64,000 nt of DNA from NCBI GenBank assembly GCA_002633005.1, contig NMRA01000384.1:101504-165503 (forward strand). The letters run 5' to 3'. Positions 24,822 through 38,545 of the stretch are shown in pieces. The translations under genes were made by a program, and so were the position numbers. The DNA comes from Phoronis australis. Taxonomy: Eukaryota > Animalia > Phoronida. Below the pieces are notes generated by a model. It saw only the letters and a program-made list of their open reading frames with translations, searched no databases and had not been told where the DNA came from. Numbering within the stretch: the stretch's first letter is position 1; each line of letters opens with the position of its first letter.

Positions 24822-26870
24822 GGACTTGTGTATTATTTATACTCTTATTGCTGTCTTATCGTACACAAAAAGTGACCTATTTGCTATCAGAGACAGATTG
24901 GCCGAAATTTTTTTAACGGAAGTTTTCGACTTTCTTTAATGGCTTGTACTATGATCTTCCTCATATTGTCAATGATCAGTGTAAAGCAATTTAATAATTG
25001 CTAATTATTGAAATTTTGTCATAAATTCTACAAAACTGAACAACTTTAACTTTTGTTTATCTTGAAAATTACTGTTGAAATATGAAATTCATCTACTTTT
25101 TTGAAAACTGTTTATTTTCATTAACTGATAATTGAATCAATTGTATTCGATTTAATTTTTCTTCACAACCATATAGTTGCAAATTCAGGTAAGCTGACAG
25201 GTGGAGCTTTGGTGCTGGGCTTAGTGAGCGAATATCGTTTAATAGTGGTGAACAAATTGACAAGCTGTCGCACTTATATGGCCTAGTTTTCTCCTCAGAC
25301 CCAAATACTACAAGTTTTAGAATACCATCCTATGTCAGGATAATGGTGTTCACAGCTCTTCCTCAATCAGTTACCAGAAGTAAATATCTGGGGTGTTTTT
25401 ACAGCAAAGCAATAACAAAAGCTTTAGAAGCTAGTTTCCCACTGAGGGATATAGGGCTGTATTGTTGTGCTTGAACTTGGAGTTATGCTCAATCTCGAGA
25501 TCGTGAACTCGAATTAATAATAGTATAAATTTTGTTAAAACAATTTGGTGAAACTTGTTGTTCAGTAAGATTTTTTTTTGTAATTTTCCCCCACAACCAC
25601 CCAATACTAGTGAAACACAATGAGAAGAATGTATGCTGGTTAATCAATTATTGTTTCATGAATTACAAAAAGTAATGAAAAAACAGTAAAGTTTGGTTGA
25701 AATTTACATTGTTTACCACTTTTGTTTTATCACAAGTCAATTTGTCCAGCGCCAAACTTGATTGTTTGGAGTGAATTTGCTAAGTTGACTCAAGTATTCG
25801 AAGTTCACGAGTACACTATCTTGAATTAAAAGGGATTTCAAGTTCAACCACAACAGTACACCTGTAGTTGTGATGCCACTGTTGTATGACATTGCTGAGT
25901 TTCACTTTTCTGAACTTACCAAAGACTGCAAATTACTGAACAGTTGCCGTTAATGAAAAGTTTTTCAGCGATTTTTTTGACTGGCCTGATTTGTTCTATG
26001 TTCAAAATCTGAAAACTAAGGAAAAGTTGCATACAAATTGAAAAAAATTACCTATTGTATAAGTTTTACTGTTCCATGATGACACACGAACATTGCTCAA
26101 CAATGGGATAATGACACACGATGATGCGACGCCTTTGTTGCGATCTAGTGTTTAAATTTTTGTACCACTGGGCTCTGGTGTGAGCTTGCTGCTTTGCTTT
26201 AGCGTTGCACGTTTACTTTCTGCACTGCAATTTCTTTGAGTGTAACTGTAACAATCTATTTTAAAGATTGTAGCACGACTTGTCTATGAAGGACGGTTTC
26301 CTGCCTTGAAGGACCTTTTAAAGAGAACTGTACATTTCCGCTTCTATTCAGTGAAAAACTTTATGTTGAACACATGCCAGTCTAATTTAAACTCACCCCT
26401 AATGTCAACGGAATTATATCCATGGTGGGGCACCAACAAAATGGCCACCGGTTGAGTAGTAGTGGCCCTCACTTGTAATAAAGTACCATGAAAAAGTGCA
26501 AATGTGTGCACGACTGTCCGATATGTGTTATTTTATTGTTGTTCTGCTGAAGTGATGAAACACTTTATTTGTGGTAAACTCTTGTGAAAATGAGGAAAGA
26601 GTGTCACTTTGGATTCATTGCTAAATACAACTCGGAAGTTGAATGGTTACAATAATTGATAATTTCGTTGGTAATTGCCCATACTAAGATTGCGGCAACC
26701 CATATGTACTAATTTAAAATAGTATACATTTGTGAATAAGAAAGTGCTGATTTCGCTGTGAACTAAAAGGAAATTGCTGTCTGTCTAAAGCCTGCCCTGA
26801 TGCCTAGAGCAAGAGTGGAACTCTTGACCGTGCAGATGCATTAAATATTGAATTTGAAATCTTGCATTAG

Positions 26871-27075
26871 GCTCTACATCAACTGTTGCCCAGACGCTAA
26901 ATGCAGCCCAACTGACACTAGGTAGCGCTAGCGACCCAGCCACCATATCATTCCTGCCACCTGTGGCTTTGGTTGGTCTGAGGGGATGTGTGGAGGCTGT
27001 ACGCTTCATTGACTATAACGTTGCCACGGAGCCTCCGAAACTTATCAACTTACATACCCAGGTGAAATTAGAAAG
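26871..27075 (+). CDS. Coding exon 8, end of second LamG domain
   Basis: cattag acceptor, AG|GTAAGT donor. Encodes QLTLGS...GLRGCVEAVRF. Phase 1 to 2. Confidence 0.85.
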
Positions 27076-27765
27076 GTAAGTCAATGTAACAGCTGTTTGT
27101 GTTTAGTTATTGTAAGGCCAAGTAATGTTTTCTTAGTTTCTGTTCCCTATTTTAACATTCATAGAATTTATTTTCAAAAAACTCACCAAGTTCTAGCAAA
27201 AAGAATTGTCAACTTTGTTCATTTCACCGCATTTGTGAATGCTTACAATTTCTAAAAACACTGTCTCTAAGATAGATATGATATAGCATTTAGAAATGCC
27301 ACAGTATGTATTCTGTGCTATATTATATGAAAACTTGAAAAAATGGTTTACTAATTTTGAATTTCTGCCACAGTTGAACGCTACCGAACTTCAAATTCTA
27401 TGAAATTCTAGCCAGGGTGCAAAATTTAAAGCGCGTAGAGGACTGCAATTTATGAAATGTGCCTACTTTAGTTTGTGTTAGCTTTTGATTGGTGAAACTA
27501 GTTCTGTGTTCTCAAATAATGAAATAAAGGAAAAATTCTCTTTAAATAAAATCGAAGATGTCTAAATCTTTATTTTTGACAGGCAAAGCTATAGAAAACA
27601 ACAGGATTTTGTGATGGTATTGTAGAAATTTGATGGAGCAAACGTCGTGCATTTTTCTCGTGGCCTGCAGTTTACATTTTTTAGAATTGTATAATTTTCA
27701 AAGAAAAAATATGAGAAGGTATAAAGAATGTCATCTATTGTCAGTAATCTGTGTTTTGCCTGTAG

Positions 27766-28004
27766 GTTTGTCTCCCATCTTGGCTGTCAACCATCTGAAG
27801 TGTGCGAGCCGTCGTGCCTGTCACCTGAGCAGTCATGTGACTTTGATTGCTACTGCTCGCCTGGCTTTCACACATTGGCAACATCTCCGCAATTGTTGTG
27901 TAAGAATATCGACGACTGTTCACCGAACCCGTGTCAGCATGGGGCCTCGTGTGTCGACCGCATCCAAGACTACACCTGTCTGTGCACGTTGGAATACAAC
28001 AAAG
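27766..28004 (+). CDS. Coding exon 9, EGF 1 (atypical) and EGF 2
   Basis: tgtag acceptor, AG|GTGGGA donor. Encodes NIDDCSPNPCQHGASCVDRIQDYTCLC. Phase 2 to 1. Confidence 0.9.
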
Positions 28005-29061
28005 GTGGGACAGTTTTCTGCCTCTTTGAATGAAAGTTACGACAAAGATTCCTCAATTTGGGACAAAATAATTTTTAAATTTTGGTAACAGGTGTAATTA
28101 ACAAACTGATCTAAATATGCGATTTAATAAGTAAAATTTCCTGAAAACTATAATTTAATTTGTTGAGTAATTTGTTGAAAGAAAATCTCAGTTGTATGTC
28201 AGTGCCCCATCGTATTAAACAGGACATATTAGCATGACTATTTGGTAGTTAGATTTTTATTGTGAGGGATTACACTTGCAGGGTTGCTAACAAAAGCAGT
28301 CAGCTAACATGTGTTAGGTCTCTGATGTGTGTTGTACAAAGCACTGTTAGCAAATACTCAACAATAAGGGCCAGTACCCATGTCTGTAGCTGGGCTGCCA
28401 ACTGTTAAGATTTATCTGTATTCTATATACTTTTTGGACCTAAAAAGTCACTGCGTAAGGATTTACAGATGTTTCGGATTTTTGAGCATTTATTTTTATT
28501 CAAAAATAACATGAAAGTTAAAATTATCTTTAAAATCGTCAGTGTTTCGAAGCGCCACATAGACAAAGATCGAGGCAGGAAGTACCGGAAAGTGACAGAA
28601 ATTGTCGATTAGGCAAGATCCGGCCAGTAAGACGTATGTTGAGTTCCAGTGTAGAATGCAATTCACGTGCAAAATTGGTCAATTTTTGTAAAGAACTGGC
28701 CAATGAGAAATGCTCTTCTTTGATTTGCTTTGTTGTATCTTTATGCTTTTGAAATTGTGCTAAGATGACTGGCGCGAAATTTCGGAGACAAGTATACCAA
28801 TGAATTAGATTACATTTGGAAAAACTAAAATCAATCAGTGAACCTTACCTAATCAAACTATGGGAGAGGTTGGCTGTGGGATTTATTACTCTGTTTTTAA
28901 AATAGTGAACTACTATATATAGGAGTGAATTTCTGTCCTCCAAGTATCAGCGTAAGTCGCTTTCTCACTCTCATTACTCTCGAGATTACTAATATGAATA
29001 GTGTCCTGTTGAATAAATATTGAGTGGAGTATTGTACAAAGTATTTGTTTTTCTGTTCTAG

Positions 29062-29196
29062 GTAAAAACTGCAGTATCGCAAACAACTGTATTCCATCGC
29101 CATGCCAACATGGCGCCACATGTCATGATTTCATTGGTGGATACAATTGTAGTTGTGTCCCTGGTTACCAGGGCACTGATTGTGAAGTAGAAATTG
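29062..29196 (+). CDS. Coding exon 10, EGF 3
   Basis: ttctag acceptor, G|GTGAGT donor. Encodes [32 protein letters not shown]. Confidence 0.92.
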
Positions 29197-29699
29197 GTGA
29201 GTTGTTTGTCTTGTCGAGTTCGATCCCTCTAATTTGATTTTTATGTATTGATAATTAATTAAAGATATATTCAAAATGAGGATGGTGTCTGCATTTCTTT
29301 CATTCCTCATATGTGTACATTCAGTTACACATTGCATTGCAAACGACTCAAGTTAACCACTATTAATTTTAGTTTCTCAGTTAAATGTGCTACTTAAGGG
29401 TATCTCAAACCTTATTCACAAATATTGGTCGTTTTTACACTATTTCACTTACGTCTAGCAAAATACCTTTATCTTCATTCCCAGGGTGCTTCAAACTAGT
29501 ATGAAATATATGCCATGTAGCAAGAAATAAAGATTTTAAAATAGCAGATTACCACCTTCAGTCGCTTGAAAATTTTACTACTTATCCTAGGTCAAAGGTT
29601 ACAAGTCTGTCACTCAAATTGAATCTCCCGCCAGGCATTGAACGGTTCCGTATGTACCGGTCAGTCCTTTCATTCACCCAGTGTCTATCATGACAGCCT

Positions 29700-30220
29700 T
29701 TTCCCGTTCAGTGACTTTACCAGACGAAGGGGGTTCTGAGCTTGTGATAACATCTAGCTTCTTTGTTAACTACCAAGCAAAGTCTTTTGTCTGTTATGAC
29801 AACAGGCAGGCCAATTATCTACCAGGTTTATTACAGACCACGTGTGAACACAGTCAAACCCAAAGTGAATTGGTACATTCACAAAGAATAGATTATCGTA
29901 ACTTCAGTTGCAGTTGGGCAGTTTTAGCGATTCAAAAACTAAACATGATCACCATTAAATAAGGAATTCAGAAATGCTATTGGTTTATGTTCAAATATGT
30001 TATAACTTAACTTTTATTTTTAACAGCACAGCCCAGTCAGGCTAGATACGATCTTTTTGAAGATTAGAGCAATTATCTAACTGCTGGTCCTCCAACCATA
30101 AATGTCAGAATGGAGTTAATCAGTCGTGTAAGATATCGGCTACGAGGGTAAACTTTCCAACTTGTTGTTGGGCTATAGAATCGAACAAGTTGGGAGCAAC
30201 GGTAAAACGCCGTAATGTAA
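29700..30220 (+). repeat. Dispersed repeat, left arm of an inverted pair
   Basis: Reverse complement of about 32775-33253, e.g. ttaacagcacagcccagtcaggctagata vs tatctagcctgactgggctgtgctgttaa. Confidence 0.8.
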
Positions 30221-30975
30221 TATTGAGTCAATAAGGTGTACATAGCACAAGATGCCGCGGAAAACGAACAGACAAAACATAGGAAGTTTGATCCCAAGGG
30301 AGTTGTACGTCTGCGTGCATACGAGCATTGAGAACGAACTCACCATGCCGCCTCTGTGACTTTGTGTTCAAGAATGCAGCAAGTTGTAAAAAAAGATAAA
30401 TCTTCACCCAAATTCATTGATTTGACATTTTGCTGTTTCGATTTTGTGCTCACGACACGCTTTAAACCACTGACTCGAATTCTGATGTCCAATTCGTACT
30501 TACTTGCAATTATGGTTTCTTGATGTCAGTCCCCCCAGTGCGTGGTGTGTATCACAGTAAACTGTTGACCTACTAACCCACCTTGACCTAGTTTGACTCA
30601 AGGCACATTCACAAAATTAAAATGTTTTATTGATAACCAAGTTAATTACGCACTGCAAATTCAGTTGACATTGCAAGTGAATGTTGAAATAATATGGTTA
30701 AGGCATGTATAGGCTATGAAAAATTCCTAATAACATTTTTGAGGTAAATTGTGAAGTTTTCGTTTAAAATGGTCTCATTAAAATAGACCAAGGGATTATT
30801 ACAATGATAATAGTACGGTATTAATAGCACACAAATATAATCTCTGATCTTTTTTGTTTCAGAAAATGTATACCTAGTTGACGGAGCCTTTTTTGATATA
30901 TGAGTTAGAATGAAGGTCACTAAATAAGGTTTGAGATAATCTTTAAGTCTTGTCATTCTATTTTTTGTTTTACAG

Positions 30976-31179
30976 ACGAATGCTTGAGTGCCCCTTGTCA
31001 AAATGGTGGATCTTGTACAGACCGTGTGGCCAGTTTCACTTGTCATTGTGTCGCTGGGTTCACCAGCCAGAGGTGTGAGACGAACATCGACGAGTGTGCT
31101 AGTATGCCGTGCCTAAATGGTGCCACCTGTAGGGACTTTATCAATGGCTTCACGTGTCTGTGTACAGCAGGGTGGCAGG
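30976..31179 (+). CDS. Coding exon 11, EGF 4-5
   Basis: ttttacag acceptor, G|GTGAGT donor. Encodes DECLSAPCQNGGSC...[14 protein letters not shown]... Confidence 0.93.
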
Positions 31180-31314
31180 GTGAGTCGTTGGAATGATTAT
31201 CAGCATAAAAAAATAATTGCAGACGGTCTGGTACACGTTGCACCAGACGTGCACAAACCGCGCATGTGATCCAATTGCACTGTTCACCTGAAACCATTTT
31301 TATGCTTTATTAAT

Positions 31315-31446
31315 ATATCAGTTAAAACTGAGCTGAGGAGCTAGAGAGCTGAGACCATGATCTAGCAGAGTGCTACAGTGGGACTTGAACGCACGACCTC
31401 AAGTAAAGAAAGCGGGCACCTGTTACACTAGGCCACACTGACTCCT
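31315..31446 (-). mobile_element. tRNA-derived SINE fragment
   Basis: On the - strand, A-box-like TGGCCTAGTG and B-box-like GTTCAAGTCC. Homologous to 53885-54018. Confidence 0.65.
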
Positions 31447-32774
31447 CTGATTAAAATAACAGTTATTGTGGTTATTATCAAATAATTTGAAATCTTATTT
31501 ACAATGTTAAGCTGATGCTATCTTAAGATCTCCTAGACTTTCTTCAAGGCTAGTCTGGGTCTAATCCTTGTATTCAAAATTGATCTCAATTTTTTTAACA
31601 TTTTCTGTTTTACTTCTTTGGTTTGCTGGTAGGTGGTGTTGTTTTATGCGACGTGATGTAAATTAAAAAAATTCTGGTGGACTTCTTAGAGAAATTTGAG
31701 GCAATGTGATCTTATATTTTGTTTTATGTCAGTCTGCCATATAATTTCTGGCCTAAACAATGTGTCGCCTAGTTTATTAAAAATACTTGTCTCAACACAA
31801 TTTGATTAAATCGGTGGTAAAAAGTTGTGACAAAAACTGATTAATTGCTAAAACTGTCGTATTTCTATTTTTCAAAGGCTCACCACATTTGTTGCAAATG
31901 CTCAAAATTTTACCAAATGTTCTTTAGTAATACACACCATGCAAATAAGCTAAGTACATTTTACTGAAAGATTATTTTTGTTTAGGAATTTGACAAAATG
32001 AAATTTCACCTCTCTGCCATTTTGTGTCCCAAACTAGTGAATTTTCACTGAACTACAAACTACAAACAAATGACGAATGACGTCAACACAGCTGCAAACT
32101 CACTCCCCCNACTAATTTCCACATACTAATGAAAACTGAGTTCCTCATCTGTGAAAATTATAGCAGAGGATGTGTAGCAGTATCCTGGGATGCAAGTGTG
32201 GATGATGGTTTCCAGAAATTCCAGTTTTGATGTAAAATCTTATTAAGTTATGATGTTCCTGGCCATTTGGGGACACTAGAGACTAGGCTGTCCCTAAAAT
32301 CCTCAACATGGAGCACTAAATCAATTGCCAATTTGTAACCTGCTGAGGGGAAATAACTTGTTTAGATTAACAGGGGACTGGCCAAATTCATTGCATGACT
32401 TATTTGTATTGGTTACTACACAGTGATTTATGTTGTGCCTGCCTTAGATGTTTGAACCATTGTTCTAATGCAAGAGTAGAACACTGAAAATTATTAAAAT
32501 GTGAATAGGTGAGTAGAGTGCTTCATTTTCTTTAACAGAAATCTACACTAATTTAAAATTGATTTGTTTCCAACAAAAAAGAAGGGGCACTTATGGTTTT
32601 GATATGGAGCAGCAGTTGAGAAAATTTTTTAATTTTTCATGTGGCAAACAACCCCCTTTGATGATAAGTACAATATTTGCCATTCCACTCAAGAAGAAAT
32701 GTAAGGCACTCAACTGAATCTGGATTATGTATAAAAACAAAAACGGAATATGTTGAAGATTGAATTCTACAACA

Positions 32775-33253
32775 AAATTATCGTTACACCGTTTTCCCCT
32801 TGATCCAGACTTGATCGATTCTATAGCCCAACAACAAGTTGGGAAGATTGCCCCTGTAGCCAATATCTTACATGACTAATTAACTCCATTCTGGCATTGA
32901 TGGTTGGAGGGCCAGCTCTCTTTTGTTCGATAATTGCTCTAATCTCCAATCAGATCATATCTAGCCTGACTGGGCTGTGCTGTTAAAATTATAAGTTAAG
33001 TTATGGCATAATTGATCATAAACCAATAGCATTTCTGACTAAATTCCTTGTCAAATACAGGTTTAGTTTTTGAATCGCCAAAATTGCCCAACTACAACTG
33101 AAGTTAAGACAATCTATTCTTTCCGAATGTACCAACTTGTTACTGCCTGTTGTCATACAAGACAAAAGACTGTGTTTGGCAGTTAACAAAGGAGCAAGAT
33201 GTTATCACATGCTCACAACCCTCCACATCTGGTAAAGTCACTGAACAGGAGAA
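32775..33253 (-). repeat. Dispersed repeat, right arm of an inverted pair
   Basis: Reverse complement of about 29700-30220. Confidence 0.8.
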
Positions 33254-34744
33254 TGTTATTTTGTTGTAGCCAGCTGTGGCAGCACTGTTGAATATGAAAA
33301 TTGTATTTCATAGACCCTGTTTCAACCTCCAATTTAACATTAGTTTGTGTTGATGTAAATGTGTTTTCATTAGTTTTGCCCTTGTTTCTAAATGAAAACT
33401 AAAGAAGATATAGATTGAAATAGAATAATCTGTTTGATTTATTTACTATATTTTGATAATATATTCGTTTTTTCCCGGTGGTTACAGTTCACTAGAAGCA
33501 GATGTAAACTATTCAAACAAAAGTGGAAGCAAAAGTCGCGAACTTATGACAGGCAAATCTCTGTTATGCCCAACTCGCAGGTAGTTTATTTTCTGATCAC
33601 CAAATTTTTGTAGTTACTTGCCAACCTTCACACACTTCTTTTTCTACTGCGTCACTCTATCTGTCAATTACCTGCATCTTACTTTTAATTTACAGGCCAT
33701 ATATGCATATGACTCCTTGCCAACAAAATGTGAATGTCCCAGGTGGGCAGACGATCGACTGGGCCCCTCAGTAAAATAAAAAGGCTCATGCAAAGCTTCA
33801 TTCAATAAACAAACCATTCCTAACTAAAGTAAAGTTAATGTTCCATTTTAATTAGTCGTTGAATTAATCCATGAAAAAATCCTACACCGACACCCTTACC
33901 AGTGTGAGTTTGGGCAACTCAACTGGTTTGCATATCATGAAATCTGTCGCCATGATCAAAGACATCACGCTGTTGTAGGCAACTACATCTTTTTGGACAC
34001 GGCAGACTGCTGATGTTGTTCTCTAGATTATCAAACCCATCATAAACACAATAGGGGAGACGAAATAAATTTTTAAATTTGAAAAGTAAATGTGGCTTGG
34101 TTTTTTAATTTTGAAAATTAGTCATGAAATGTGACTTTTACAACCTAAATCTTTTGATCAATGTTGCCATTAATTCTGCTGTTTGTGTAACATAATTAGG
34201 CTATTTACCACACTAGCAGGCAGCAGTTGAATTTTAAGGTAAGCCAAGTGGTATCCTACCATTATTGGCATGTATTTGACCAGATTGTTGTTATTAATGT
34301 CCCAACTGAAGGATTTTTCTGATTAAACATTAGCAGATTATTTTTGGATCGTTTGCTATTGCTTAACATTCTTTCGATATATTTGGGACAATGTAAGTAT
34401 AGTAAAACAAAAGTTCTATAACATTTATGACAGCATTTTAAAATTTTGATGACAACATCTTGTTTTATTACAAATATTATAGATACAGTACATTTCGAAA
34501 ATGCAATTTTGTAAAAATATCCGCCAAGATAGGATCACTGACCAGTAGAGATCAGATTGCCTATTTAAGAATGCACCAGCATGTAGCAGTCTGTTCAATG
34601 TCAGGGGCCAATTGCTGGTTCTCATCACACCCTGGGGAAGTGCTGACCACATGGGGTGGTTAACAGTGCTCTTGCAGCCTTTCCTAAAAACACAAAATTT
34701 AAACCTTCTGAAGTTGATGGTTAGGATAAAAGAATTAGAGGCCA

Positions 34745-34993
34745 GGGGCCGTTCCAAGAAAGTGACTTAAAATTTATGTTTACTTAGTCCAAGATTTGTG
34801 TCAACTTCCTTAACTTTGAAACTTCCACATCGTGTAAGGTAGTCAAAATAAAGACAAAAACTTAAGTCAAAAACTTAAGTCAAACTTAAGATCTCTTTCT
34901 TGAAATGAACTTGAGACAAATCTCAGATTTATCGTAAAATTTACTGAAATTCAAGATTTGTCTTAGCTAAGTCAGTTTTCTTGGAATAGGCCT
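34745..34993. mobile_element. MITE with GGGGCC-GTTCCAAGAAA TIRs (possibly PIF/Harbinger); second copy at about 38046-38296
   Basis: Terminal inverted repeats and shared internal aactttgaaacttccacatc. Confidence 0.6.
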
Positions 34994-35378
34994 CTAGGAC
35001 TAGTAGATTTTACAACTACTTGTCCGTCTGGACATCTCACAGAAAAAATAACCATCTTTTTCCATTTTTCAAAGACTTCTAACATTGATGGTGGTACATA
35101 AAGTTGAAGTATTACAAAAGCAATGGTTTGATGTTACTTGTTTTTTATGAGAAGCATTTCCTTGCCCGCCACGTTATGCCCTGAATTAATAATATTTTAC
35201 CACATTATAATTCATATTTTACCATATTATAATTCATATTTTCATCTAGTAATAAGCGATAGATGTTCATTTACCCAAACCTTTGGGGTTTTATAATGAG
35301 CTATAAATTTTTTGAAGACTTACGTTGATATGGTCATGATAGCAGTCGATTTGTTACTGTATTTTTTGTCAAGTTTCT

Positions 35379-35554
35379 TGAAGAATATAAATTGGTAAAT
35401 AAAACAACAAGAATGGATCAACTGAAATTTGAAATTTTCGGATGTAATAACTTCCTTTGTCAACAAAAACAGACAAAGGAAGTTATTACATCCGAAAATT
35501 TCAAATTTCAGTTGATCCATTCTCGTTGTTTTATTTACGGATTTATATTCTTCA
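35379..35554. repeat. Long near-perfect inverted repeat (about 83-bp arms, 10-nt loop)
   Basis: 35410-35461 pairs perfectly with 35472-35523; loop aacaaaaaca. Confidence 0.9.
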
Positions 35555-37993
35555 TTTCATGAAACAATAGTATCATTGGGAGGATCTGGATCGCCTTATT
35601 TAGTTTCAGATTTATTTTCTACGTCAAATTTCTTATAATTTACATTGAAGTATGTTAGTGTTGATTGGTTCATTGGTCTGAAATTTTGTACTTTGTAAAA
35701 TTAAGTTTTTTGTTATCAAAATATTATTGCAAGAGAAATATGATTATCTTAAAAATCACAAACTTTAAAACAACCACTCCTACTAATGAAATAAATGTCT
35801 TTAGACACCCTTGTAAAAGACAGGATTGATAATTTATGAAATCCTAAATCATCTCAAAAGTTTACTTTAAAAAGTCTTCACTTTTAATGTCCTTTTGAAC
35901 TGGTAGGAGTTCTTACAATTAGAGTTCCTGCTATAGCCTAATATAAGGTCAGCCATTCTTCAAAGCACAAGCAGAAATTACCTTTTGTTGAAACTGTGCC
36001 ATTCAAAGTATAGCCACTACCTGCTGTGGATTATTTATGTATAGGGTATTTTCCATTCAGCTTTTGGGGCTCATATTGATTCATGCAGTGATCTGAATCA
36101 CAGTGTTTACAGTTGATGTCTGGGGCTTGTGAGCGGGCTTTATGACTTGAGTCTTGAAATGTTGGTCTGGGGTGAATATGTGATGTTTCTAACTCCTTGT
36201 GGAACTGGATGTTGACTAAAGTGGTTCTCTGCTCTTCATGGATTTCACGTGTGATGAGAAAGACTCTAAGACCTCATTGAATTCAAGCTAGTACTGTTAG
36301 TAGGGCCTATGATGATTCAGCTCATTCATGGAGTATTGTTTGTGGTGTAGAGTGTTAAGGAACTGTTAAATTCAACCTGGGAACCAATACTGCTTGTCAG
36401 ATGTGATGGAATGTGATTTGTGATGTCTAGACGTGGTTGAATTTGTAGGCCATGAAAGACAAGTGGCAGTAAATGACTGTATTGGGCAGATTTGTTGAAA
36501 GGAGTGTGAGCTGTTTTGAGAAACACATATGCAGTGAAAGGCTTCAATAGCTATAGGAATCGGATTCAGTTTGTAGCGTAGATGTCATATTTTGCCTTGA
36601 ACCACACTAAAATCCAAGCTGGAATCACGTTGGTTTGATCTAGTTGAGTTTTGTGATCATAAAACTTGGCCTGATGTAGCTATTGTCCAATATTGGTTTA
36701 TATACAATGGAGTGCCACTGTCTGAGGACATGTTTGTACAAACTTAAGACTGGTTGACCCAATTTGTGGACTGAGATTTTACTAGTAGTTGTCTCAGCCA
36801 TTGGTTGAATATCGAAACAAATGGGCATTCATCGCTATGTGGAGTGTTACGTAGGATTTTGGTGAGAATGAAAGCTTGTCTGCTGATCACAGCTTTAACA
36901 CTGGCAGGTAACGTGGGTGTTTATTATAACATGTTGCTCTAACTGTGCTCAAGCAAGCTTATTGCACTTCACTTGACACCGGCAGAAATTGCTCGAAAAT
37001 ATTAAGAAAATACGATTGAGGTGTCATAAAACTGTTGCTGTAAGTTATTTCATACGTGAGGCACATGCAAGCTTATTACACGTATGGCAATACTTGATAT
37101 AGGTGGAAATGTCCGCTCGAAAATGTGACGCAAGTATGAATGATTGCATATATTTACTACTTGTATTCCCGAAAAATAACGCTGGATGTCGGCTTGACTC
37201 CTGCTTCACTGATACGAGTAAGGTCAATTTCTACTCGTATTTTACTTTTTCCACTCGTATTTCTGAACATTTACTCGCTTAGTCACTCGGTGTTCACTGT
37301 TCTGTAGCATGTCTGTGGGTCTTAATCTGCAGATTGATGTTGTCTAATCATATTTTGCAAGCTTGTCTATTTCTTGGCCGGAAAGAAGCTTGAGTCGTTA
37401 TAAAACTGATCACAAAACTAGAATTCACTCGAATGTCTTCTGACCTGGATGACAAAATCAGCTTGTATTAATTGTGCGTCGCTGGCTTTGAATCAATACT
37501 ATACAGCCAATGCACCGATTGTGGCAGATTGTTTAAAATTATGGAATTTGTCAATTTAAACATAACCAATATTTTGCAAGTAGTTTATCCCGTTCAGTCC
37601 GCCATCACATCATGTGACCTAATGAATTTAAGTCTGAAAAGATTTCTGCNCCCCCCCCCCCGACCGGGATAAACTACTTGCAACACAGGATGATGTTTAT
37701 ATAACCAATATTGTAATTCACAGCTATCACAGAATTATTCTGTTGTTTTAACAGAATTCGGGCCTGCAGTTTCAACCTTAACAACAACTGACGTGTATTC
37801 GGGGATTTCCTAAGTAATCCAGGAATTCCATTTCAGTAATTATCAAGTGGACTGATAACCCTCACCACGGATGGGTCAGGGGTCCTGGTCCGGGTCAGGG
37901 TTTTTCAAGTGTTGATGATCGACACCACTAGTACAGTTCGCAGATATTTCAGGCATGGTGTAAATTGAAAGGCAGTGTGTCTGGGCAACTAAT

Positions 37994-38545
37994 AAGCCAA
38001 AAAACAAAGTTGGTTCTGGTCTTTACCTGGACTCATTTTGAGACCGGGGGTCCATTCCGAGAAACTGACCTGAGTTCATTTTTGAGTTAAATGTAAAGTT
38101 TTTCTCAACTTCCAAACTTTGAAACTTCCACATCTGGTTAGTTATTCGAACTTGGTACAAAACTATAAATGTCAAACACGTCAAACTAAAGATTACTTTC
38201 GTGGAACGGGCTTAAGACAAATTGAAGTTTTATCTTAGAATTGACTTAAATTTAAGATTTGTTTTAGCTAAATCAGTTTTTTTGGAACGGGGTCCCAGCA
38301 CTTACTACACAGAGTATGAAAAAATGCCGGACCGCATGTATTTCAGCCAAGGTATCAGTTTTTTTGAAAATGTACACAAAGGCGTACTGCCCAGTAAAAA
38401 AGATTTGCTTTGCCAAGATATCACTAACAATGTAAAAAAAATCGTGTATAATTTTTGCTTGTCTTGAGGTACTGTAAAAATTCGGCACCACCAACCGGAT
38501 TTTAATAAAAAAATCAGATCAGAACTAACTCTGCTCTTTTGGCTT
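37994..38545. mobile_element. TIR element hosting a nested MITE (38046-38296)
   Basis: aagccaaaaaacaaagttggttctggtct ... agatcagaactaactctgctcttttggctt. Confidence 0.55.

Noticed and set aside
24657-24939. Cys-rich CVCT repeat ORF (metallothionein-like)
   Set aside because: Translation of a 12-bp simple repeat.
36000-36850. Compositionally distinct GT-rich stretch suggesting a decayed element or nested gene
   Set aside because: No sustained frame or recognisable motif in the frames I translated.
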